The notes under the pieces are model-generated. The model searched no databases. It was not told the DNA's origin and was given only the letters and a program-made list of their open reading frames with translations. DNA of 58,498 nt, filler included, from Sphacelaria rigidula (taxonomy: Eukaryota), in assembly GCA_964200075.2 (NCBI GenBank). It is 6 parts of 6 records of this genome, joined end to end, with 100 filler letters (N's around TTAATTAATTAA, not from the genome) between each part and the next. Parts side by side here need not be neighbours in the genome. Positions count along the whole stretch, not along the records: positions 1 to 9,668 come from CAXNAA020007997.1; positions 9,769 to 19,435 come from CAXNAA020007998.1; 4 more parts are not named here. The stretch is one strand, 5' to 3'. The first letter of the stretch is position 1; every line of letters begins with the position of its first letter. A program made the position numbers and the translations under genes. Below, one piece after another: positions 1-11,004 of this stretch.

Positions 1-119
1 CTTCCGATAAAAAGAAAAAAGTGAAACACTCGCTGAAAAAAAATGAAGAAACTGAAAAGGTAGAACAGAACAACATAGTAAAAGAAAACACAAAAAAAAA
101 AAAAAAGAGAAGAGAAGAC

Positions 120-250
120 GAGAAATGGCCAGCCTCTGCCACATGGCTTCGGCGGAAAGGTCTTGAGCAGAACCTCACTCATACCCAGTGGTTAAAAACA
201 AAAGGCCGAGGAAGAGGGAATATCACGACCCATCTACTACGACCGTTCTA
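120..250 (+). repeat. Dispersed non-coding repeat, family R1 (partial copy)
   Basis: aaatggccagcctctgccacatggcttcggcggaaaggtcttgagcagaacc matches ~35994-36060 (+) and ~36600-36660 (-). All three are preceded by an A-rich tract. Confidence 0.75.
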
Positions 251-1234
251 TTCATGGTATGGACCCTCTCACCCATGAAAATACACAATGAAGCGGGATA
301 CCACACTGCTCTGCCATACACCGGCGGGAAGAACACATACAGCGTCCATAATTCACAAACGCCGATGTTAGTGTTGACGCTGCTGCGCACCGGAGTTGTA
401 CCTGGTGGGGCGGAGTACGGGGCTTGATTCCCAGCAGATGCAATTCTACATGTTGTCGTTGGTGATATCTGACTTTAGTTACTGAAAACGTGCAGTCCTT
501 AGCAGCATAGAAAGCTTGACCAAAGTCGATGCGGGTTGGGAGTGGTGATCCAACCCGCGAGGCCGGAATGTTAGACATGTACCGGGCGAGATACGGGCTG
601 ATACCTTGGTACTGCGGTCTAGTCTCGAGGAAGTGAAGGGGGAGAAGATATATCGGAAAAACCCGTTATAATGCTTCGAGTACAGAACAACATAATGATA
701 TCAGTATTCAATACAGAGTGATCGAGTGATCGTTCTCTTCACTCCTACCTGCGGAGCATCTGTCGCTCGCGAATTCTGTATGTGGATTGCGCTGGTGCCA
801 CTCACTCGGCTCTCAGTGAAGGGTACCTTTGCTTCGCACGTGTTTCACTGCTGAAGTCAAATGAACTCTGACCGGATTGCCATGAAAAATCCATTGGGAA
901 ATTAAGCCATACGAAATATAGCTTCGAATCTACCATGTTTGTTGTAAAACTTTCTGTACACGGAGGAGTGAGGTAGAATTTACTGTCTTGCCAACGGTGC
1001 AGCGCAGAATAATGAAAGTATACGCAGCCTCGATCAGGCGTTTGTTCATAACATTTCCGAGTCTTCTTCTCCCTCTCCACCCAACAGCAGGTCAACTACA
1101 CAGTACCAGTGTGACTCGTACTTGCACATGCTTGGGTACATGATATACCTGCAGGGCTCCTTTGACCCTTGTGAGAGAGCAAACCGCTTGAGCTGAACCT
1201 GCAACGTTTCCTCGCCACATCCATCTTTTCGCAG

Positions 1235-1855
1235 GCTATGCTGATCAACAGCGCAGACCTCATGGGTGGCAGTGCGCAGCCCGACGGCCTGCGTGGATTC
1301 GGGCGTATTTATCTCGAGGGTGGTATGCCATTGGAAGGTTCGGGAGATATGGCCCTCTTTGTGGCGGACGCCGCCGACCACAGTATCGAGGAGAACTCCA
1401 TACACCGATACTCGCTCGACGTGAACTCGGATACGGGTGTCGACATGCGCGTCACACTCGCTTGGATTGACCCCTCCGTAACGGAGACCGCGAGCATACA
1501 ACTCGTTCATGACCTAGACCTGACCGTCGTGTCGCCCGGTGGCGTGGAATACCGAATGTGGGGCAGCGTTGCAGACCCTCGAAACGTGGTGGAACGTGTG
1601 ATAATCTCCTCTGACGATATCGACTCGGATAACGCCGGTGACTGGGTTGTGGAGGTATCCTCGGAAAGCCTCACGGAATCGTCTCAGCCATACTCTCTCG
1701 TGGTGACGGGACCGATCGCGGGTGTAACCACCACAGTAGCGGAAAACAGCGCCGCTTCTGCCATCGTGTATCCTGTGGGCCTCGCTCGCGCGATGACTTG
1801 GGCTACCACGGCCACAACTGCTCTTGTACTGGCAGCCGCGATGTGGACCGTGTGA
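1235..1855 (+). CDS. Terminal exon of a subtilisin-like serine protease (S8, KP-43/TagC-like C-terminal part) with a hydrophobic C-terminal tail
   Basis: Splice acceptor ccatcttttcgcag ends at 1234. The frame then reads AMLINSA...GFGRIYL...VTLAWIDP...LVHDLDLTVVSPGG...RNVVERV...QPYSLVVTG, matching the post-catalytic helix and C-terminal beta-barrel motifs of KP-43-type subtilases. The catalytic triad exons were not found in this contig. Confidence 0.85.
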   Translation, partial: AMLINSADLMGGSAQPDGLRGFGRIYLEGGMPLEGSGDMALFVADAADHSIEENSIHRYSLDVNSDTGVDMRVTLAWIDPSVTETASIQLVHDLDLTVVSPGGVEYRMWGSVADPRNVVERVIISSDDIDSDNAGDWVVEVSSESLTESSQPYSLVVTGPIAGVTTTVAENSAASAIVYPVGLARAMTWATTATTALVLAAAMWTV

Positions 1856-4143
1856 TGTGGTTGGGTCAAGGGTTCAGGAAGGATCCTTTGGGTGTTCGTT
1901 GGTGTGCAGATTGGAATCTGTTTGTCGGGTTGGCACACTAGTTGTTGGTACCTACTTGTCTCTTCACTTGAGTCAACTAGCTGTTTTCAGAAGCTCAGAA
2001 TACACCATCCAGGTATCACCTGGTTGTTATTGGGGGTATGCGGTGTCGTCAAGCGAGACTTGTCTTGGGTATCTCAGAATTTTCTGCTTCTCCGTGTCTG
2101 TCGAAGCCCCCTACACGTAGGCTGAAGGCGTACAGAGAAATCATTATGATTTTTTGTGGCATAAGCTTACGTCGTACGAGCGGCGTATTGATCCCAAGTA
2201 GCACTCCCCAGTGTATTGGGTCTGCACAAAAATGCCACAACTTTGTGCACTCATGTCGAGGGTGTGGGTCTGTCATTCGCTGTACACGTGGTTACGTCGT
2301 ACTCTGTTCAAGTGTGGTGGTGTAGTATGTGTCTTGGCACTACGGTATTCGTTATTGTGCCCGGTTGGGCGTGTGTGTTATCTCCAGAGCCCTTTTTTTT
2401 CTATTTTCAACACTTTTACTATTTTGTTCAACTGGATCGTGCGATTCCTTGCTTGCTGTTGTCGGTAAACATTTGGTTGAAGATGTACCGTAAACTTCCC
2501 CGTTCTACCCCACGGACGGCAACGTGAAGAAGTACGACATAGTTTGGCACGATACAAAGGGAATGTCAATTGAGATATTAGTTGTGGGTTATCGTTGGTT
2601 GGAACAAGAGCTGTCGAGGGTCTGCTGTAACAATGCCACATGGGTGTACTCCAATCAGCAAGTGAATAGGTGTCGAGGACCCTATCGAATAGATGAGGTA
2701 TGCATGCAATCTAAGTTACATGAGTCGTCATTCCGGAGCAAAATGATGTATTCCTCAGTAATCGGTCGAGAAGCCAGACACAAAAACCTTCAATGGGCGC
2801 TGAACGAGAACGTGGAGGGGACACTGTCGGGAGGTTGACGTTTTCCGCTGTGTCTCCCAATCTCGGCCACAGCGAAGTACGAGCAAATGTAGGCTATTTC
2901 CACGTATAATATGTAATCGGGACGGTATGGTATGGGAAATAGGGGACGTGGCTTTTTCGTGGGGTGCCAGCATTTTGTATTTGATAATGTGAGTATATCC
3001 TCGTGGATATATGTATATATCTATGTCGAATTCAAAGCCCGTTTGTTGCTGTCCATAGATCCAGCACACGGTTTTGATTCCGACCGCGTGTCATTTGGCA
3101 AACCATCCAGTACGGTTAGGGGATCATCCATCACGGTTGGGGCGAGAGGACAAGGTCGGCCGAGGCGTGTGTCGCTGACAGCAGTATGATAAAAGGACTG
3201 CAGCTGACCCTCGGTTTGTTGTCGCCATTTGTTGCAAATATTGCGATTTCAGTCAACACCGTATGTTGGTGTTTGAATGTCGACTAATACCAACTATCGG
3301 TATACCTGGTGGCAGTTCGTTGTCACTGTTTCAACCTTTTGTTTGAGTTGGTGCTAAGTACTATTGGGCGTATTACGGTGGATAATGGGCCGTCATTTGG
3401 GCCCTGTGGCGAAGTGCCGAGGATATATAACTTGCAGTAGCATCTGTTGTAAGGGCTGACGAGTGTTGCAGATCGTTGGTGCATTGTTTCTAGGGTAAAC
3501 GGGTGCCAGGTTGCGAGCATCCGAGCACTGCGGTCGAAGCGGTGAGAAATGCTCATGCTATGCCGATCACTTTGAGTCTGATTTGTACTGCGCGATATGG
3601 AATTTTTTCATTGATTGTCGCACTTTGCCTGACCCCCCAGGGGTCCAGCCGTGGTCTCATGATATACGTACTCAACAAAAACGGAATTCAAACACGCTCC
3701 AAGGAAAAAAAGGGGGGGGGGGAACAGAAAACAACACGGCGATATCGTCAGCTGCATGGAAAGCAAACTTTTTTTGGTTGAAGATCGTTGTAATTCTGTA
3801 GGGCAGTCCTCAACACGGACGGTGCGGTTTATAATTCGTAGACAGGCTGTCGACTACGCTTGTCCAAAAACATTCTGAGCTGCAGCACATGGCACCTGAA
3901 CTGTTCATATTGGTAACTTCTTCGAAATTGGCGGTTTCGTTGGGTTCTTTCGCTTGCCACCGCTCATCACGTATAGGATCTAAAGATACGTTTATAAAAA
4001 CAAATTATATGTACTCAGTATTGACTTACGGGCTGATCGGTCATCGGAGGTCCTGCCACGTTTCAGCCCAGCTTGTCTCTCTTCGGTATTTTCGATGGAT
4101 CGAGCCTGTCCCGATCGTATTGCGAAACAAATGTGCAGTTTCT

Positions 4144-4838
4144 TGTTTCGAAATTTCACCTACTCCTTGCACTAGAGCCGAATAACTGTGTCTCTCGGTC
4201 AATGACACCCTCCTGATGAACAGGGGGTATCTACTCGTATCGCCCGGTAACACCAAGTAACACTAAGTTGGGCACTGGAGGGAAAAGGCGATCTGTATAT
4301 TTTTCCACAATCTACAGACGCTAGCAGTTTCGAGTTCTGAAAACTAGTCGCGAGAAAAAGCCCTCTGAACGATAAATAGTGGAGGCGCCCAGTACTGTAG
4401 GGAGGGGGCAAATCGAGGCAGGTCAAGATCGAAGAGAAAGAGTATGTATGACTTGCAGCATACAAGCCATGTCTAGCGTATGGCGTAGAATGCTTTGTCA
4501 AGGGAATATGACACCTAGTGCCTATCAGCCCCTAACATCCCCCCAGAAAAAAGTATCAAGCCTGCGCATCATCCGCTTGATGGTGGGGCGAGATAACCTG
4601 CATACTTACGGCGCAGGGAAACACCCGTCATGAGTCTAATGGATGGGGGAGCCCTGATAAGCAAGGGAAACGTTACCCTCCCCAAAGGAAGATCTGTCAT
4701 AGCGATTACTTTCACGGTATCTTTCCGATATCTCGATTACACTGGAGAACAACGATCAAAAATAGATGATAACCACGCTCAGACACCCTCTATCACTTGC
4801 ACTAATGGCGGGTAGTATGGGAACTGAATTTTACAACA
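4144..4838 (-). repeat. Putative 3' LTR of the contig-1 Gypsy remnant
   Basis: On the minus strand a purine tract (gagaaagggt) directly precedes TGTTGTAAAATT at 4838. The candidate far end is tgtttcgaaattt at 4144. There is no second LTR to confirm it. Confidence 0.4.
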
Positions 4839-5099
4839 ACCCTTTCTCAGACCTGATCAGTACTTGCTGAAGCGAAGTCCATAGTAATGGACAACACTTC
4901 AACAATCACTGACACCCCTACCCTACTCGGTTCCGGGCCCACGCGCCATGCTTGGCTCCTACATCGACTGACGTCGAACCTACGTACACGTGCGTTTCGT
5001 ATGCTACAAGAGAATCATACATCTTCACAGACAGGAGACCTGTAGAAAGATCCAACGAACGGCAGGTACGCACAGGTGACCCCGAATGCCGGCAGACAC

Positions 5100-7780
5100 A
5101 ACGATAACAGAACTCATGCTCCCCGTGAAATTCGAATCATACACCCATGCCCATTGGCCTACCTTCCACACCGGGCGGTTATGCACCACAGCATCCAACA
5201 TCGAGTTTGCCCTGGCCACCTTGGCCAAATTGATTTGGTTCTGTTCGTGTACCACTTTATATGCGAGACGAAGACGATTGCTAACCGACAAATGATACTC
5301 TGCAACATCACGATCCAGACTCTGATGTCCACCTGTATTTTTGCGTTCGAATACCGTCAAAGGTAACCTAGATATGCGTCCAATATGAGTTTCATTCGGC
5401 GACAATCCCGTAGCGGCATTGACTGAATTGTTGTAGTTCATTCAGACAAGGGGGAAGTGCAGATCCCAGTCCATCTGTCTCTCATTTGCTACAGCAGCAA
5501 GCATCTGTGCCATCGTATGGTCCATTCGTTCCGTTCCACCATTGGTGGAAGGGTGATATGAGCTAGTAAAAATGCGATGGGCACCCAAAAGGTCACTGAC
5601 GGCGGCAGAAAGTTTGCCTGAAAAATGCGGGCCGTTGTCAGATAATAAGTGTTTGGGCACACCCCACAATGGGATGTACATGTAGACAAGAATGTTGGCG
5701 GTACCTTCCGCGGTATAACTACTGGGGGGACGGCATGCATCACCGCATGTCGACCAAATCTATCCGTAAACAACAAAATATACTTATTCCCACTATCCGT
5801 CAGGGGCAAAGGACCAAACTTGTCCCACGAGACTACTTCACCAGGCCCGTTTGGGAGTGGCATGGAAACAATCGGCCAAAGAACTGTTTGACGATAATTT
5901 TTTCGCGCCTGACACAAAAGACAACGCCTCACCCACCAACTACAACACTGATCCATATAAATGCACCAATAAAAACATTCCAACATCTAGGAGGTCCTAA
6001 TGGCGCCTAAATGAGTCGATGCCTGTGAATGGTATTCGTGTAGAACCCATGGGCGCAGTAGTATCGGGACGTAGATGCGGACGGGTTCATCACCTAGCAA
6101 GCGGGCATGTCGACTTGTAGGCTTCCCCCTGGGGAGGGCTGTTGTGGGTCGGCGAACTAACAGAACTATACCATCATCATCCGTGTGTAGCATACCTTTC
6201 CTTGAAAGTTCAGTAACTTCATTCTGTGTGGGCGCTTCGAGATTCCCGACTGGCAAAAGGAATTCAGTTTGTGAGAATGGACATGGACAACCTTTAGATA
6301 GATAATGGATAGCTGATTTACAAGCAGGTTCTGCCTGCTGTTCCCGGGCCCAATCGGCGTGGGAGAAGAGAGTCAAACGTTCCTTGAATACACCATCTGT
6401 TGAAGCCTCTACTTCGTGTTGGGCCGGTTCGGGGCGGGGTTGGCACGAAGGGGTGATTTCGGAATCAAGGGTGAGCCTACCAGTTTGTGTACTCTCAGAC
6501 GGAACGTTAACGTCTACTCCTGCGTCGATTAGCGTGGAGGGTGTTGTGGTGGTGTTTGCAATATCATCACCACTGGAGGGGGGCACAGCCGTGGTTTCGG
6601 CTATGGTTGGCAGGGGCGGCACGCTCGGGGTCGATTTCCTGGGGGCCTTGCGTCGCGGAGGCTGCGGGGGCGCAAGGAAACTATCGGGGACCGGGGTGGG
6701 CGCAGGGGGGGGAAGGTCAGGACCGGATACGGCTAATTTGGTGGCCGTTTCGGCGGTTCGCCGTCCACGAGTCCTACTCGAAATGAAATCTCGAACTTGA
6801 ACTGGTAAGACGGAGTCAGCAAAGGACAGTTCTACACCTGCTGCGAAAACCATACGCTGGCCAGTTGCACAAAAATGATCATAGCCAACAGTGTTCGTAG
6901 ACAGTCCATTCCAAACTGAGTACAACGGTTGAGGTTGCAAGCTGCCTAGGACTGATACGTGGGCTGTGGTCGTCAGCCCACCCATGCCTAAAGCCGATGT
7001 TTCTGTCAGTGAAAGTGGTGTGTAGAGACCTCTATGTTCATTCCTGCTTATGAAATATACAATGTCTTCGGTGGGATCGGTGATACGTCCCATGGCGGAT
7101 CCATCGATAGGTTGAGCTGGTGTGGGCAAGCGTGACAGAAAGTCGGCGTTTGCATTCTGGGGACCTGTGAGGTACTTCAGTTGAAAGTTGCAAGACAACA
7201 GGATTTCGAACCAGCGTTGGACCCTAGCGTTGTGTTCCGCCATTTGGCAAGGCTTTCCAAAGACTTATGATCGGTATAAATAAAAAACGGGATATCATAG
7301 AAATACTGACGCAGACGTCGCACGCCCCAAACAACTGCGCCGGCCTCTTGTTCCATGACAGACCAATTCTGTTCATTCGGAAAAGTGGTGCGATTCAGAT
7401 AGACAATAGGATGAACAGTAGCATCGTCTTGCTCTTGTAGCATCGACTTGCTCTTGTTCTAATGCGCAGCCAAACCCAATTTTGGAAGAATCTGTGCGGG
7501 GCCGGAAAGGGCGGGAACCCTGCTCCGCGGCCGACCAGTCGGGGAAGACGAGAATCGGCGGGCGCGAAAGGGTGTCAAGGAGGCTGCGGACGGTTTTTTC
7601 CATTTCCAATGTGAACACAAATTTCACCCCTTTTTTGAAGAGGGTGGTGAGGGGTTTTAGCGTTTGGGCAAGGTTTGGCAAGTACTGTCTGTGGTAGCTT
7701 AGACCTCCCAACAAGGAACGCACTTGAGGAATATCCCGTGGCATGGGCATATCGGAGAGTGCGGCGACCTTGTCAACATA
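5100..7780 (-). pseudogene. Degenerate Ty3/Gypsy pol (RT thumb, RNase H, integrase)
   Basis: Fragmented ORFs: QVRSLLGGLSYHRQYLPNLA, TDSSKIGFGCALEQ, NWSVMEQEAGAVVW...YTDHKSL, RVQRWFEILL, NANADFLSR, integrase HHCC (H...HLG...CLLCQ), DKFGPLP, LLSDNGPHF, SYHPSTNGGTER. Several stops and frameshifts; both ends truncated. Confidence 0.92.
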
Positions 7781-8970
7781 CGTGGCCACTGGGGGGAGGC
7801 TCCAGGACCTTGCAGGCACCTTGCGCAACCTGGCCCGGCGAGGTAGGTTATCCACCTTTGGCAAGGTGGAGGTTGCGCAAGGTACGTTGCACAAGGTCCT
7901 GGAAGGTCGTGGATGGTCTGGTAAGGTACGTTGCACAAGGTCCTGCAAGGTACGTTGCACAAGGTCCTGTAAAGTACGTTGCACAAGGTCCTGTATGGTA
8001 CCTTGCACAAGGTTCTGTAAGGTAGCTTACACCAGGTTGCGCGAGGTACCTTACACCAAGGTCCAGCATTTGGACAGGTGTCGACGTCTCCAACACGTTG
8101 GAGTCAGAAATATGAAGCTTTCCTTGCAGTTGATCATGTCGTGTATGCTTCCTCTCTTTGCATCACATTATTCTGCCGCTTCAAGAACATGACACGAACA
8201 ATATATACCTCCCTCCCCCCGAAAAAATAAAAAAGGGACATACGCCGGCCTCAGGACGCTCCTGTGCTGGTGAGCAAGGTTCTGTACTCGGTCATGAGTA
8301 TAACCACCAACAAGTCGCGAACCGTTTTCAAGATCATCCCGTAGATCCATTCAAGCTGTTGACAGGATACGTGTTCTATTTATGCAGGCGTCTATCGTGG
8401 TCATCCACGACGTCAGATTCCCCCACCCCCATCTTCACGTACAGCAGCATAAAAAACGGAGAGCTTCCACAGTATATATACCGAACACCATGCAGTATAT
8501 ACCCACTCAACCCCTTCAGAGACATCGTACATGACGCCTTTGACATAGTTATGCAGTATATCGCCATCAACCAAAGCCCTTGTCCCTACCCCATCTTCAC
8601 CTTCAATAGGAAAAAAATATAATTACGCCCACACTATACCGTAGACCGTCTCGAACGCCCATTCAAGCCATGGTCAAGCAATGCATATGGCGTCCTTGCC
8701 ACATATATGTAGTAGCTATCGTGGCAATCAACTTAACTTTCTCCAGCCCTCACGCGATCTTGACTTTCGGCAAAAAACAAACAACAACGAACGCCCCTAC
8801 TATACTCGCGGATGCATAGTAACACCACGCGCCAGGCTGGGTCCGCTCCGTGTCCCCCATCCGAAAAGGATTAAGCGCCGGTAGTCGCAGGGAAATGTGG
8901 GTGGACATAGTGCAAGGGGGGAAGAACCGAGGAGAAGAGCCGTAGCTCGACGTCAGGTACATCATCTACA
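7779..8970. repeat. Dispersed non-coding element, family R2 copy 1
   Basis: Starts gtggccactggggggaggctccaggaccttgcaggcacc. Blocks 7780-8105, 8655-8790 and 8808-8968 align with 15337-15570, 16738-16890 and 17126-17287. Confidence 0.8.
7875..8064. repeat. 24-bp tandem repeat (gtaaggtacgttgcacaaggtcct)n
   Basis: Directly visible. It produces the spurious LQDLVQRT repeats in the ORF track. A related array lies at ~15405-15530. Confidence 0.9.
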
Positions 8971-9668
8971 AACATGCAATGAATACGACACAGTTACACT
9001 ATCGACACCGCATTCCGTAAACGTGGCCACTCGAAACGGAGTCTTCGTGAAGAGAAGAGAACAAATCCTCTGCAGGAACGGGGGAGTATCTCCGATCATC
9101 AACCGCAAGATGGGCATGTCGGGGAACGAATACGAGCTTGGCCAGCGACAAAATATTCGGTTGCACCGTTATGCGGAAGCCAAAGTTTGCAGTTACGAGC
9201 TCAATTTTTGTCACATGATTCGTATTATCAATACGCAAAACTTCAGGGGAGCAGCGATGAAAAGATGGAACAGAATCATACAAGAAAACGTTAGAGCGAT
9301 CTGGACTCATGAAAAATATCGGACATGTCGTAACTTGACAACATGAAAAAAACAAGGCTGCTCCCATAAACTTATTCAAATTGCTTGTACGAAGCCCTTG
9401 TCGACTTTTGGCTCCCAACCCGCAGAAGTAGGCACCGCATGCATCACACGTTTTATGAACACTGTTTCGAGATTGTACCGTCTTCAAATCTTCTCCTAAT
9501 ACACGGAAGGCAATGCTCCGGGTAATACTTTCCGGCGAAGATTAATCACAGCATGAGGCTTTTAACCGTTCCTTTTCTCGCGTCGGGATTTGCACGATCA
9601 TAAAGTTTGGTCAAGTTTCCAAGAAGCAGATTCTTACGGTGCGTGTTTTTGTGAGCTTCTATTCACCA

Positions 9669-9768
9669 NNNNNNNNNNNNNNNNNNNNNNNNNNNNNNNN
9701 NNNNNNNNNNNNTTAATTAATTAANNNNNNNNNNNNNNNNNNNNNNNNNNNNNNNNNNNNNNNNNNNN
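9669..9768. other. Artificial contig spacer (N44-TTAATTAATTAA-N44)
   Basis: 100-bp pad of Ns around a six-frame stop linker. Identical pads occur at 19436, 29202, 38968 and 48734. Confidence 0.98.
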
Positions 9769-9909
9769 GGATATCCCCAGCACATTGTAATAGTAATCCT
9801 GGCGTACTCTCGCATATTTTTGTAACTCGTGTTTGGGATGAGATAAGGGGCTTCTAACAATTCTAATCTCAGAAATTATTTCTCTACCGCTATCGTAGCA
9901 TCACTCTCA
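9769..9909 (+). repeat. Dispersed repeat, family R3
   Basis: ggatatc...aatagtaatcctggcgtactctcgcatattt...aacaattctaatctcagaaa...cgtagcatcactctc aligns with 46942-47080. Confidence 0.8.
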
Positions 9910-11004
9910 AAAACAATTCCTAGATCAGGTATACCTCGGCGAATTGTGGCCTACAAAAGGTAAGCGGCTTCTGGAGGCGGCATGTCCGTTTTCGCGTGGC
10001 CATATCTCTCGAGTGACATGTTTTTTATCTGTCTTTTTTCGAGTCCCGGGTGCCAATGCCCCCCCCCGAACGATGTGCTTGAAACCTCCGGAGCGAAAAC
10101 GGTCAAAACAACGTGTTTGGCTGTTTTCGCGTTTCTGGCCATTTTTCGTACCTTTCCTAGGCAAAAAACGAGAAGGTATACCTTTTCTAGGCCATTGCCC
10201 GAATTTTTTTTCCCACGCCCTATGCATTGTCCATACCAAATTTCAAGGTCCAACCCCAAACGTTGGCGGGAGCATGGGTCTTTTGAAAGCTGGGTCGGGA
10301 GAAATTCGGAATAGTATTTCGCAGGCCACTCACTGGCCTATCTTTGATATTCGTGCACTATATTTTGGTTGGGCGCTCTGAGCGCATGATCAAGAGAACC
10401 AAGTGGGTCGGGTTGCTTTTTTTCGTTTTTTTCACTGGTTTAGGGCGTTATACTACGGTAAAGACCATTTCTTCACGAGAACGCCTTGACCTCTACGAAA
10501 AAAACATGCAGGCCCATTTTGTTCTTCATTCGGCTCTTTTGCGTTCTCCACACCAAAATTCGTCTACATCCGCTGAATGCATCGATCGGGAGTGTCATAG
10601 AGATTCTAGTATTCTACTGATACCTGTAACAAATGATAAAAACTTCTGGTGCCGATGTAATGTTTTTTTCACGCCCTATTCATTGTCCATACCAAATTTC
10701 AGGGTCTGACTCTAAGTATTGGCGAAAGCATAGGCCTGCAAACTTCAAATCCGTTTTTAGGCTGGCCCAGCTCGTATCGCATTGCTGACTGCGCTAAAGT
10801 GTGGCGTGGGTTGTATAACACAGACCATGATTATGACTACACGGTTCCTCGCTTTCTCGCCACGACTGAACATTATTACAAGATTTGAGGACACAACGAA
10901 GTAATGCAGTGCTATCAACCCCGTAACGTACATACAGCACATGTCGGTGAGAGCCCCCCTCCTCCCCCTCCCCTGCACGTGCCTTGCGTGGTAATACATG
11001 TTGG

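Noticed and set aside
664..1053. Solo LTR (cgttataa...tcataaca)
   Set aside because: The ends are imperfect, there is no TSD, and there is no second copy in the window.
7675..8192. ORFs with LQDLVQRT / VRCTRSCK repeats as repeat proteins
   Set aside because: They are translations of the 24-bp tandem repeat, open in several frames on both strands.
9713..9724. TTAATTAATTAA as a biological repeat or piggyBac site
   Set aside because: It is a synthetic six-frame stop linker inside the N pads.
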